The position numbers and the translations under genes are program-made. Below are positions 40,188-50,900 of a stretch of DNA of 64,000 nucleotides, piece by piece. The notes under the pieces are model-generated. The model was not told the origin of the DNA, did no database searches, and worked only from the letters and a program-made list of their open reading frames with translations. Each line of letters begins with the position of its first letter. Positions within the stretch are counted from its first letter, which is position 1. The DNA is from Methanofastidiosum sp. (GTDB lineage: Archaea; Methanobacteriota_B; Thermococci; Methanofastidiosales; Methanofastidiosaceae): the NCBI GenBank assembly GCA_039679445.1, contig JBDKUY010000071.1, positions 324 through 64,323 on the forward strand. The letters run 5' to 3'.

Positions 40188-40451
40188 ATGCCAGCATCAA
40201 GTAGCAAATTATTTAAATCAATCCACAAAAGTAGACTACGGGATAAGATGAGTCTTATAGATAAAAAAGGGCCACACGTTTGTGTTAATTGTGATAATCT
40301 TGTTCAGAAAGATGACGAAAAAGAGGTAGGCATATGCTCAATTGCAGCTTCCACAAAAACGATCTTTAAAAAATACTGCCAGAAATGCGATGAAAGATCA
40401 GCTCTTACAGGGGACCTCTGGATATATATCGATGGTGAAGATTGGGGTTAA
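40188..40451 (+). CDS. Small zinc-ribbon protein
   Basis: CVNC...CQKC paired CxxC motifs. 87 aa. Confidence 0.35.
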   Translation: MPASSSKLFKSIHKSRLRDKMSLIDKKGPHVCVNCDNLVQKDDEKEVGICSIAASTKTIFKKYCQKCDERSALTGDLWIYIDGEDWG

Positions 40452-40549
40452 TAAATAATTTAACATAGTAGATATCTAGTTTATTGTTCCTATTCTAGTT
40501 TATACCTTACTCTTTCTTTCAGAATTTAGAAATGTTATTACAAAAACAG

Positions 40550-40622
40550 TAGCCGGGGGCGGATTCGAACCACCGTCTCAAGGTCCAGAGCCTCGAAGGA
40601 TTGACCACTACCCTACCCGGCT
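40550..40622 (-). tRNA. tRNA-Gln (anticodon CTG)
   Basis: Reverse complement folds as acceptor AGCCGGG/CCCGGCT (A1:U72 as in archaeal tRNA-Gln). Anticodon stem CGAGG/CCTTG with loop CTCTGGA. T-arm GGTGG-TTCGAAT-CCGCC. Confidence 0.8.
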
Positions 40623-40637
40623 ATTAGAATCAAAAGA

Positions 40638-41429
40638 TTAATCTCTGTTAATAAGTTTTTCTGTTTCGCTCATATAAGCAAAACTCTCTTTCTCTAATAG
40701 GGCCCTTGCCGAAAAATCAGTGAACAACTCATTGAATCTTCTTTTCAATATCCTGATAACATAGTCATCGTAGTACATATCACAATTTGTTTCGATATCA
40801 TAGAGAAGAAGGTAATCTGGTGAAGAGGGAGTTGCATGTAGAATTGTCTCTCCATTCAAAGCAGATAATATCTCATTCTCAGTTAAATCCCCTTTTGTAT
40901 AATCAACTATAGACCCAACAATCCTTCGGATCATCTGCCATAAAAATCCAGTACCTTTGAACTCCAATATATAAATCGGCCCTTCTTTTCTATAACTTGT
41001 TTCAATAGTCCTTTTAGTATCGTCAATCCCATTATATTTAGAAAATGAGAAGAAATCATGGGTTCCGTCAAAAAGAGAAAGCCCCTTTGAGACAAGATCT
41101 TCATTGTACCCATTGTCGAAAAGATAATACCTATAAGTCTTGGTAAGGGGAAACTTAAGGTATTTGCTAGTTTTAGCATATACCCAGATATCTTCCAACG
41201 AATGTGTCAATCTTTTTATATTTAGATCTTCCTCGACTTCAAGCCTTAAGATATTAGAAAGAGCAGAAACTCCCCTATCAGTCCTAGATAAAAAGCCGTA
41301 ATTAATAGCTTTGACGCCCTCGTCATCTAGAGTTTGGACTATATCGCCTTCAACTGTTCTGACGTTTGGTTGGGATTGCGAACCATGAAATTCCCTCCCG
41401 TTATAAGCTACCTTGAGATAAACCATCAA
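40638..41429 (-). CDS. truA: tRNA pseudouridine(38-40) synthase
   Basis: N-terminal KVAYNGREFHGSQSQ...RTVEG pattern of the TruA family. 263 aa. Confidence 0.78.
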   Translation of the reverse strand: MMVYLKVAYNGREFHGSQSQPNVRTVEGDIVQTLDDEGVKAINYGFLSRTDRGVSALSNILRLEVEEDLNIKRLTHSLEDIWVYAKTSKYLKFPLTKTYRYYLFDNGYNEDLVSKGLSLFDGTHDFFSFSKYNGIDDTKRTIETSYRKEGPIYILEFKGTGFLWQMIRRIVGSIVDYTKGDLTENEILSALNGETILHATPSSPDYLLLYDIETNCDMYYDDYVIRILKRRFNELFTDFSARALLEKESFAYMSETEKLINRD

Positions 41430-41461
41430 ATAAAATCCATGGAAAAAATTTAAAAGGGTTT

Positions 41462-44068
41462 TTATAGTATTTCGATGATAAAGTTCTTGTCCTTTATGAT
41501 ATCTACTTTCTTACCTTTTTTGAAGAACTCACGCTCTACCCTTTCGACATAATCTCTATTGAGCTCAAATCCGTCTACAGTAATCTGACCCTTTTCTTCG
41601 AGTTTAGATATATTGTCTCTTAGCAATGTTTTTACCTTCTGGACATCCTTTCCAAACTTAGGGCCGATAATATCGTATCGTGGGATGACTTCGAGTATCT
41701 TCTCATCAATATCAGGTTTACCGGTTTTCAATTCTAGATTTGATATATTCGTGGATTTAGATATATCCTCTCTTATTTCTTCGATATTCTTCTCAGTGTA
41801 GACGATTGCTCCGTTGACTGGGGCGTTTAATGGTATCTTCAGATCTGATTTGTATCTCCTTATTGCTACGGTGATATCCTTAAGAATCTCCCCTTTTTCA
41901 AAAGCGCCCTTGTCATAGAACTCAAATGAAGGATATTCAGTCAGGTGAATACTGTTTATACCTTCGTCACTAAAGATTTCATTGTATATTTCTTCGGTGA
42001 TATGCGGTGTGTAAGGTGAAATCAAACCGATTACATTCCTAAGTAAAGTTTTCAAGGTAAATGCAGCTTCGTCTTTTTTGACATTATTATATAATCTGTA
42101 TTTGACTATCTCTATGTAGCTATCAGCAACTTCATGCCAAAGGAATGTTCTAATCTCCTTTAGAATTGGGGCAAAATTGTAGTCGTCAAGTTCTTTTCTT
42201 GAGAGCTTGATTAACTCAGTTAGTTTTGATAGAATCCACTTGTCAGGTATTGTAAGGGATTCAAGATCAATATTTTTGGTATTTGTGTCTGAGATATTCA
42301 TTTCGATGAATCTAGAAACATTCCAGAACTTTGTTAAAAATCTGTTACCATGCTCAATCTCTTTCCATGAGAATGGGAAGTCTTCCCCCTTGGAAGCAAG
42401 AAGTGCCCACTGTCTCAATGCATCGGCACAGTACTTACTAAGCGGCTCGTCAGGTTCAATAACGTTTCCAAGAGATTTACTCATCTTTCTCCCATCGGGG
42501 CCTGCAACCATACCGTGGATTAATGTTTCGTTCCAAGGATTCTTACCGGTGATAAGATTACATCTAAATAACGTGTAAAACAGCCAAGTTCTAATGATTT
42601 CGTAACCCTGTGGTCTTATAGTTGCTGGATATGTTTTATTGAAAAATTTCTCATCCTGATTATACATTGAAATGGCGAGAGGTGTTGCTGATGAATCTAC
42701 CCAGCAATCACACACGTCTGTCTCACCGATAAAATTGCTTGATCCGCATTTGCATTTTTCTTTTGGCATGTCAAACCGGGGGTCCACTGGGAGCCATTCC
42801 TCTTTTGCAGGTATTAACTCTCCGCAGTCTTTGCATTTCCAGAAAGGTATAGGTGTTCCAAATACTCTCTGTCTTGATATGATCCAGTCCCAGTCCATTG
42901 AGTCGGTCCAGTCATAGAATCTATCATACATGTACTCCGGATACCAGGCTATCTTCTTCCCATTTTCAATAAGATTATTCTTGTAATCCCTTACATTGAT
43001 AAAATACTGCTCCATTGGTAAGAGCTCGATTGGCGATTTGCATGAACCTCTTTCAACATGAAGTAGTACCCTGTGCTTCATTTTCTCTTCTTTTATAAGA
43101 AGCCCTAAATCATTTAATTCAGAAACTATGATTTTTCTTGCTTCTTTAACTGGAAGCCCATCATATTCCTTGCCGACCTTTAACTTTCCATCCTCTGTTA
43201 TGGAAGTGATTACATCAAGATCATACTTCTTCTGCCATAGTATATCCTGTTCATCTCCATAAGTACAGCAATACACTATGCCTGTTCCAAATGACATATC
43301 AACTTCTTCATCTGAGAGAATCGGTACCTTTCTGTCGAACAAAGGAAGGGTAACGTTTTTGCCCTTGAACGCTTCATATCTTGGATCTTTTGGATTGAAG
43401 AATACTCCGACACAAGAAGGCATTAGCTCTGGCCTTGTTGTTGCAATTTCAACGTGCTCTTTTCCGCCTTCAACTGGAAGCCTGAGATAGTAAAGTTTTC
43501 CATCTTTTTCTTCATAGCCAACTTCAGCTTTTGCTAGAGCGGTCATGCATCTTGGGCACCAAAGGACGGGGTGTTTTTCTCTGAATAAATACCCCTTGTG
43601 ATAAAAATCAATTAATGTTTTTTGGATAAGCTTGACATATTCAGGTTTCATTGTGAGATACATTCTTGACCAATCGGGAAAGTAACCTATATCGGTCATC
43701 TGCCTTCTCATCCTTTCAACACATTGAGCTGTCCATTCTTTACATTTTTCAATAAAGGCTTCTTTATCGTCTTTAGAGATTTTAAACTCATGCTCAACCT
43801 TTAACTCTGTTGGAAGACCGTGACAATCAAACCCCTGGGGGCAGTAGACATTGAATCCTCTCATCCTCTTGTATCTCTGGATAAAATCAATCCATGTGAA
43901 ATCCATTACATGACCCATGTGGAGTGAACCAGAAGTAAACGGGGGTGGAGTATCAAGTATATATACCTCACCGTTTTTATCTGGATTGAATTTAAATATC
44001 TCTTTTTCAAGCCAATAATTCTGCCATTTCTTTTCAATCTGTTTACCGTCATAGTCTTTATCCAACAT
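41462..44068 (-). CDS. valS: Valyl-tRNA synthetase
   Basis: Class I HMGH (PPPFTSGSLHMGHV) and KMSKS motifs. DWIISRQR editing/CP1 junction motif. 868 aa. Confidence 0.78.
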   Translation of the reverse strand: MLDKDYDGKQIEKKWQNYWLEKEIFKFNPDKNGEVYILDTPPPFTSGSLHMGHVMDFTWIDFIQRYKRMRGFNVYCPQGFDCHGLPTELKVEHEFKISKDDKEAFIEKCKEWTAQCVERMRRQMTDIGYFPDWSRMYLTMKPEYVKLIQKTLIDFYHKGYLFREKHPVLWCPRCMTALAKAEVGYEEKDGKLYYLRLPVEGGKEHVEIATTRPELMPSCVGVFFNPKDPRYEAFKGKNVTLPLFDRKVPILSDEEVDMSFGTGIVYCCTYGDEQDILWQKKYDLDVITSITEDGKLKVGKEYDGLPVKEARKIIVSELNDLGLLIKEEKMKHRVLLHVERGSCKSPIELLPMEQYFINVRDYKNNLIENGKKIAWYPEYMYDRFYDWTDSMDWDWIISRQRVFGTPIPFWKCKDCGELIPAKEEWLPVDPRFDMPKEKCKCGSSNFIGETDVCDCWVDSSATPLAISMYNQDEKFFNKTYPATIRPQGYEIIRTWLFYTLFRCNLITGKNPWNETLIHGMVAGPDGRKMSKSLGNVIEPDEPLSKYCADALRQWALLASKGEDFPFSWKEIEHGNRFLTKFWNVSRFIEMNISDTNTKNIDLESLTIPDKWILSKLTELIKLSRKELDDYNFAPILKEIRTFLWHEVADSYIEIVKYRLYNNVKKDEAAFTLKTLLRNVIGLISPYTPHITEEIYNEIFSDEGINSIHLTEYPSFEFYDKGAFEKGEILKDITVAIRRYKSDLKIPLNAPVNGAIVYTEKNIEEIREDISKSTNISNLELKTGKPDIDEKILEVIPRYDIIGPKFGKDVQKVKTLLRDNISKLEEKGQITVDGFELNRDYVERVEREFFKKGKKVDIIKDKNFIIEIL

Positions 44069-44862
44069 TATTTCACCGTCTCTTGGTAGCTAAGTTGTCC
44101 ATTCATATAAATCTTTAATCCTTCGTCCGCGATTAAAGTTTTGATTCCAGTGGACTCCTGGATATGGCGCCTTTCTTCTTCGGCACCCTTAAGATGCATC
44201 CTGTAACCAATGTGCGTGATTATTGCCACTTCAGGCTTGACCTTCTTTAAAATTCTTATTGCATCATCAGTTGTAAGATGAAATGGAATTTTGTCTCCGT
44301 TTGGTCTTGTAACGTTGAGGATCATTACCCTAGAACCTATATACTGATCTTCCATGTCGTCGAAATACTCCGTATCAGAAGTATAAGAAATAGCGCCTGA
44401 ATCGGTATAAATTTTAAATCCAATTCCAAATGGGTCTGAATGCTTTGCTCTTGTTGCTTCAATTTTCTGCCCTTTGATCTCGATATTTTCTCCGGGGGCC
44501 ATAGATAAGACGCCCTTCAAATTTTTTCGGTAATAAGGAAAAATAATTGAAGCAAACTCATCTCTTCCTTCAACGACGCTCTTGCTGCCAATCACATACC
44601 CCTCTTTTTTCAACATGCCCCCGGTCATACTCTCAACCATTATCGGAACATCATTGAAATGGTCTGTGTGGCAGTGAGAAATTAAAAGAGCATCTATCTT
44701 CCTTGGATCAAGCCCATTCTGAATTGATCTGAGATGTGCACCTGGTCCTGGGTCTACATGAATATTTATTTTATCTTCAATATAGAATCCGCCTGTACCA
44801 CGCTTTTGGGTGATGGTCATGAACCTTCCTCCACCACTACCCAAAAAAGTTATCTTTGCCAT
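44068..44862 (-). CDS. Metallo-beta-lactamase-fold hydrolase
   Basis: HxHxDH motif (ISHCHTDH). 264 aa. Confidence 0.7.
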   Translation of the reverse strand: MAKITFLGSGGGRFMTITQKRGTGGFYIEDKINIHVDPGPGAHLRSIQNGLDPRKIDALLISHCHTDHFNDVPIMVESMTGGMLKKEGYVIGSKSVVEGRDEFASIIFPYYRKNLKGVLSMAPGENIEIKGQKIEATRAKHSDPFGIGFKIYTDSGAISYTSDTEYFDDMEDQYIGSRVMILNVTRPNGDKIPFHLTTDDAIRILKKVKPEVAIITHIGYRMHLKGAEEERRHIQESTGIKTLIADEGLKIYMNGQLSYQETVK

Positions 44863-44915
44863 ACATACCTCTAAGTAACTTTTTAAGAGTTCAATTTATT
44901 AAGTTTATAAAACTA

Positions 44916-45215
44916 ATGAGTGGTACTATGAGGGAAGCTCTAAAAGAAAGCAGGGGTGGTACTTTAATCGACATTGAAGTTGTTTCAAACTCGAGTGAAT
45001 TTCACATTGAATACAACGAGTGGAGCAAGAGAATAAGGCTAAAAATTACGGCTCCTGCCGTAAAAGGTCAGGCTAATAAAGAAATTCAGACTTTTTTTAA
45101 AGGTATTTTAGGAGAGGCCACTATCGTAAAAGGCGAACATAATAAAAAGAAATCTATATTTGTTAATTCTAGTATAGAAGAAGTTTCAAATAAACTGTCA
45201 AAAATTTTAAAATAA
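44916..45215 (+). CDS. DUF167/YggU-family small protein
   Basis: ITAPAVKGQANKEI...IVKGEHNKKK pattern. Start placed at the internal ATG (44916), because the upstream part of the ORF overlaps the MBL gene. Confidence 0.5.
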   Translation: MSGTMREALKESRGGTLIDIEVVSNSSEFHIEYNEWSKRIRLKITAPAVKGQANKEIQTFFKGILGEATIVKGEHNKKKSIFVNSSIEEVSNKLSKILK

Positions 45216-45279
45216 TACAAAATTCGCCATAGTAAGACTTATAAAGAATTAAATACTAGTTATCAATAGGTGAAATTGG

Positions 45280-46902
45280 ATGTCAGAAACGAAAGTCAAA
45301 CATGCTGATGAAATATTTAAGTCATTTAAAATGCAAAGTGTTTCTGAATTCTTTAAAAAGAATGCAGCAATGTTAGGATATACTGGTAAATTACGTTCAT
45401 TAACAACACTTGTTCACGAAGGGGTTACAAATTCGCTTGACGCTTGTGAGGAAGCCAGGCTTTTTCCGGATATTTCAGTATTTATTACTGAAATCGGGCC
45501 GGAACATTATAGAGTTATAATGGAAGATAACGCTTCAGGAATCCCTCTGGATTACATACCTCATGTATTTGGGAAGATGCTTGCCGGGAGCAAGGCCCAT
45601 AGAAATATTCAATCAAGAGGTCAACAGGGAATTGGTGTTTCGGGGGCCGTTATGTACTCTCAAGTTAGTACTGGAAAACCAACTGAAGTTGTAACTTCTA
45701 CGGGGGATAAGGTAATCAATAAGGTTAATATCAAAATAGATGTTGAAAAAAATGCTGGGGAGATCCTATCTCGTGAAACTTTAAAGAATCCTGAAAAGTG
45801 GAGGGGCACAAGGATTAATCTTGAGGCAAAAAATCTTCAATACAACAGATCAAAATATGGCCCTTACAGTTACCTTAAGATGACTGCAATTGCAAATCCG
45901 CATACGAGAATCCTTTTTGTCGAGCCTGATGGTACCAAGATTCTATTTGACAGAAATGTGAGGGAAATACCAAAACACCCAAAAGAAATGAAGCCACATC
46001 CCCATGGAAGCTCTGCTGATGATATACTCTCTATGATTAAGAACTCAAGCGCCACTAGGGTAAGGACTTTTTTAGTTTCTGATTTTACAAGGGTATCCTC
46101 TAAAAAAGTGGAGGAAATAGAACAGCTTTCTGGCCTTGACTTGGACATTAATCCAAAAAAGGTAGACTGGGAATATGCAGAAAAGCTGGTCAATGCAATT
46201 AAACAGATTACTTTCATGGCCCCCCCAACTGAGGGGCTTATCCCAATAGGTGCCGAGTCCGTTAGGCTTGGTCTTGAAGGTATACTTGCGCCTGAATTTG
46301 TACATACAGTGACTAGAAGCCCTCAGACCTACCACGGAGGTATAGCGTTTATTGTTGAAGCAGGTATTGCCTATGGTGGAGGTGCCGGTAACAATGGACT
46401 TGACATTATAAGGTATGCCAATAGGACGCCCTTAATATTTGACCAAGGTGGATGCTGCATTACAGAAGCAGCTAAATCCATTGAGTGGAAAAGATACGGT
46501 GTAAAGGATGACAGTGCGCCACTCACCATATTTGTTAATCTTGTTTCAACTCATATTCCTTATACTTCTGCAGGAAAACAAGCGATTGCAACAGAAGAGG
46601 AGATCTATAACGAGATCAGATTTGCATTAATGGACGCAGGTAGGGCCTTATCTAGGTACCTTTCTGGAAAGCGACGTGCGAGTGAGAAACTTACAAAGAA
46701 AAAGACCCTATTGAGATATGTTATAGAGACATCTAATGCCCTTGGGAGCCTAGTTAAAGCAGAGGATAATTCTAAGATAATTAAAGCACTGACAGACATT
46801 GTTGAGAAAAAATATGATCTTGAAGAAGCAAATAATGGGGAAGAAGTAACAACAGCCTCTGAAGAAAACGACGTTGAAGAGGTGATCGAGAATGGCCAAT
46901 AA
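45280..46902 (+). CDS. top6B: DNA topoisomerase VI subunit B
   Basis: GHKL ATPase Bergerat fold ([10 protein letters not shown]...) and transducer domain. 540 aa. Confidence 0.85.
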   Translation: MSETKVKHADEIFKSFKMQSVSEFFKKNAAMLGYTGKLRSLTTLVHEGVTNSLDACEEARLFPDISVFITEIGPEHYRVIMEDNASGIPLDYIPHVFGKMLAGSKAHRNIQSRGQQGIGVSGAVMYSQVSTGKPTEVVTSTGDKVINKVNIKIDVEKNAGEILSRETLKNPEKWRGTRINLEAKNLQYNRSKYGPYSYLKMTAIANPHTRILFVEPDGTKILFDRNVREIPKHPKEMKPHPHGSSADDILSMIKNSSATRVRTFLVSDFTRVSSKKVEEIEQLSGLDLDINPKKVDWEYAEKLVNAIKQITFMAPPTEGLIPIGAESVRLGLEGILAPEFVHTVTRSPQTYHGGIAFIVEAGIAYGGGAGNNGLDIIRYANRTPLIFDQGGCCITEAAKSIEWKRYGVKDDSAPLTIFVNLVSTHIPYTSAGKQAIATEEEIYNEIRFALMDAGRALSRYLSGKRRASEKLTKKKTLLRYVIETSNALGSLVKAEDNSKIIKALTDIVEKKYDLEEANNGEEVTTASEENDVEEVIENGQ

Positions 46903-47980
46903 ATCTTCACAAGAAGTTCCCTCTATACTTGGTAAGTTTGGTGAGGAGATTTATGAACAGATAATGAAAGAGGAAAGCCCTTCAATAAAGATACCCCTAA
47001 GAGGAAAATCTAACGTTTTTTTTGACGATAACGAGAAAGTTATCCAACTAGGAGATAAGTTCTCTAAAAGGCATTTTCTAAATGTGGCTCACACAAAGAA
47101 ATTCATGCAGACCGTGCTTGTCGCCTCTTACTGTAGAAGACTTGTTGAAGAGAACAAACATGCCGGTATCAGAGAGTTGTATTATGCCTTGAAACATACA
47201 GTAGAAGGTTCTAAAGAAAATACATTTGATGACCAGGCTGAATCTAACCCGATCATTGAGGATATAGAAACAGCACTTGACATCCTAAGAGAAGAGCTCA
47301 ATCTTACAGCAGACAGAAGAGGTTATATTTACGGCGATATAGTCCTAAAAGATGGCGAAGATGAGTTCAACGCTTCAAAGCTTGGAAGGGGTGGATGGGC
47401 CGTACCTGGTACAGTTGAAGAAATTGACTTCTTAAATGTTAACGCCGAGTATATTCTTGTTATTGAGACAGCTGCAATGTGCGATAGGCTTATCGAAGAA
47501 AAATTTGCACAGACCAATAATGCCTTATTAGTTGCATGTCAAGGGCAAGCCCCAAGAGGTATCAGAAGACTGATAAACAGACTACATACAGAAAAGAATT
47601 TGCCAGTTTATGTCTTTACAGATGGAGATCCTTACGGATGGTACATCTATTCTACAATAAAGCAGGGATCAATGAATCTAGCATATCTTTCTAGAAGATT
47701 AGGTGTGCCTGATGCAAAGTTTATAGGCATGACTATGGACGATATCGAAGACTATGAACTTCAGAAAGTTACAGAAAAGCTAAAAGATATGGACAAAAAG
47801 AGAATAAACGAAATAATGGAATACGAGTGGTTTAAACATAAGGACTGGCAAGAGCAAATGAAAAAATGTCTAAAACTTGGAGTAAGGATAGAACAGCAGG
47901 CACTTGCAAACAAATCTTTAGAGTTTGTCGCTAAAGAATACTTGCCCCAGAAAATAGAAAATGAGGTATTTTTACCTTAA
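46892..47980 (+). CDS. top6A: DNA topoisomerase VI subunit A (Spo11-like)
   Basis: Toprim domain with acidic residues. Immediately follows top6B with overlap. 362 aa. Confidence 0.85.
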   Translation: MANKSSQEVPSILGKFGEEIYEQIMKEESPSIKIPLRGKSNVFFDDNEKVIQLGDKFSKRHFLNVAHTKKFMQTVLVASYCRRLVEENKHAGIRELYYALKHTVEGSKENTFDDQAESNPIIEDIETALDILREELNLTADRRGYIYGDIVLKDGEDEFNASKLGRGGWAVPGTVEEIDFLNVNAEYILVIETAAMCDRLIEEKFAQTNNALLVACQGQAPRGIRRLINRLHTEKNLPVYVFTDGDPYGWYIYSTIKQGSMNLAYLSRRLGVPDAKFIGMTMDDIEDYELQKVTEKLKDMDKKRINEIMEYEWFKHKDWQEQMKKCLKLGVRIEQQALANKSLEFVAKEYLPQKIENEVFLP

Positions 47981-47997
47981 ATAAATAAAAAAATATT

Positions 47998-50900
47998 TTA
48001 ATTTTTAGTTGATAATGAATCAATCATGAGTCTCATTGCTTCGCTGATTGCTTCACACTTTTCTTTTGTTAATCTTTGTGCTAGTCCATAGTTGCCTTTA
48101 TCAAATGCTTCATTTGCTTCTCTACATAGTCTTTCTGAATCATCTAATAGTTTTATAGCTCTGATATACCTTGGATCTTTATCTAGGCCTCTATTTAGTA
48201 TCTCAATCTTTAACTCTTCAATTATATCGTCAGGTCTGCAACAAGTATCATCTTCGTCTACAATATATTGATGAGTAATTACTTCTCTGGCCTCTTTGAT
48301 TAGATCTTGAGTGTAGCATAGATCACATCTCTTCATGTATCCTTTTGTTATTATCCTTAGAGTTTCTCTCGGATTTATACCAGGATGTTTCAATATTTCA
48401 ACTTGGTCATTGTCTGATACTGGATCGCCATTTGGAGGTGTGCCTTCAGTTTCTGCATAGTTAATACTCTTATTTTCAAGACCATTAAACTTAGCAGAGG
48501 ATTTTATAGTCTTGCTTTCTCCAACTGCTAAAGGTCCAATGTTATTCCATGTTATAGTAGTTGTTCCATTGGAATTAACTAAAACAGTATCTGGAGCTAT
48601 TGAAGACAAATTAGCATAAGTTAACCCTACTGGTAGTGTATCTGTAACAGTCACAGGATCTAGTATTACTTCTCCGGTATTTGTTATTACTAAAGTATAT
48701 TCATTTGTAAATCCATTTTTGCCCCAAGGCGGCTCAACTGATTTTGTTATGTTTATTGCTGGGCCTTTAACTCCTACATTAGAAGTATCTGTATCAGTGA
48801 CATCCCCAATGGAAGATGTTCCGATTACTGTTGCCTGATTTGTGAAGGTACCGATTCTTCCTGGATCAACAGTTGCTTGGAATTGAACGATTATTACCTC
48901 AGTTGGATTCATTGTACCGATATTGTCCCATGTTAAAACTTGAGGGGATCCAACTATTGAATTTGGCTCATAGGGTATTCCGCCAACAGTACTATATCCT
49001 GGCCTATATGTAAGTCCATCGGGTAAATAGTCAATCAATTTTACGGGATTCAATGTCATGACCCCAGTATTTGTAATAGTGAGACTAAAGTATACTATTC
49101 CTCCAGGAGATGGAACATTTATATCTGTATTTAGAGTAACCTTCTGTAAATCTGTTCCAGGAGATATTACATTCCAATCATCAGAAAGTGGATCATATTG
49201 TCTCCTTTCGTCATTACCTACAGGTAATGAAAAGTACTCAGTATTTGTAACTGTATTTGTAAAGCTACCTCCCTGTGGCGGAATTGTTGCATCGTACTCT
49301 AAAATGACTGCATTGTTTGGTGGTATTGAGCGATAAGTCCATTGAATTATATCATCATCTCCAATCACCATTGTGGTATCTGCTGTAGGTGAAGATGTAA
49401 TTGACCCCCCAACTAATATCAAGCCAGAGGGTATTTGGTCTTGAATCACTACATCATATGCAGAACTGTTTCCCGTATTTCTCACAGTAATTGTATAGTG
49501 TACATTTTCTCCAGGTAATCCTTGAGTCTTATCCCCTTGTTTTTCGATAGTTAAGTTGGGTTCAACAATCCTAACATCGTCTAAATCACTTATGTTGTAT
49601 GGAGCACCGTCTTGAATAAAGCTTGTATTAGCATTGTTTACAAGGACCACTCCTATAACATTATCAGGTCGAATATTCTTAATTAAACCTGTAATCTTAA
49701 TCATGACATTGTTTGGACCAGTAAAGTTTCTATTTGATTCACCTAATGGAGTTCCAAGTTTCCAGGTAAGTACCTGACCATTTTGAGTGAACTGTTGTAT
49801 TGTTCCCCCATAAGTATCAGTATACGTATGGGAAACATATTCAATCCCATCAGGTAAATGATCAATTATAGTTGTGTTTGTATAATTTGCACTCACTCCG
49901 GAATAAACTACTGCTAAATCAAATACCACTCCTTCACCAATTGTTGCTTTTTCTTTTTCAGATTCTTTGAAAAGGCCCTGAATATTAATTATCCTTGCAC
50001 TGGCTGTTGCACTACTATATATGCAGCCATTTGAACATTTACCTACTGCAATGACTCCATTAGTTCCTGTACTAGAAACATCGTTTAATCTAGCAGAAAG
50101 TGGGGCTGACCATGTTCCTCCTGATTGTGGAATCGGTCCGGGTATTTGCCAAGTAATTGTATTGCCAACAAGTGAAGGAACTTCTCCATTAGTTCCGTTT
50201 CCTGCGATTATTGGAACGCCCCAATCAGCACTTAATGTATCTATGACTGTAACATTGTATGCAGGAGCATTGCCAGTGTTGGTAATTGTAATTGTCCAGC
50301 TCCCCGTACCCCCTGGTGCAACAGGTTGTATGACAGGAGTTTTAGAAACAGAAAGAATTGGTTTTAGAGGATTAATAGCTAAAGTATTATTAGTTACAAA
50401 AAGATTATTGCTACAACTATCTTGGTAGTCAACTCTAACATTATTTGTTCCAGGTGTTACAGTTCCACAGCTTATTCCATCGTTTTTTACTCTGAATTCA
50501 AGTGTTGTAGTTGTATTGCCAGACATGTTGCCTAAAGACCAAATAGGTTGTGCAGGATTTGAAGGAGGATTTGGTGTTGGATTTGGTCCATTAACCATAG
50601 AGTCAAATACAAATCCCGGTGGCAATGTAGAAGTTACAATAACATTGTAAGATGTTGGATATCCCGAAGAATTTTGAATAACTAATCTTATAGTTCCATC
50701 ACAAGTTGTAAATGTACCAACTATTGAAGGAGTTATAGTAATATTTGGTCTTGTTCTTAAAGAACGGGTGCCCGTAGATGCTATATAATTAATGCAGGGA
50801 ACATCACAACCATATCTAACATAAGCAGTATTATTTCTTGAAACATCACACTTACTTACCGAACCCCACACATAATAAGTTGCAGTGTTACTTCCAGATA

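Noticed and set aside
44856-44915. Upstream extension of the DUF167 ORF (MPYIPLSNFL...)
   Set aside because: It overlaps the 5' end of the MBL-fold gene on the other strand and lacks homology. The internal ATG at 44916 gives a typical DUF167 length.
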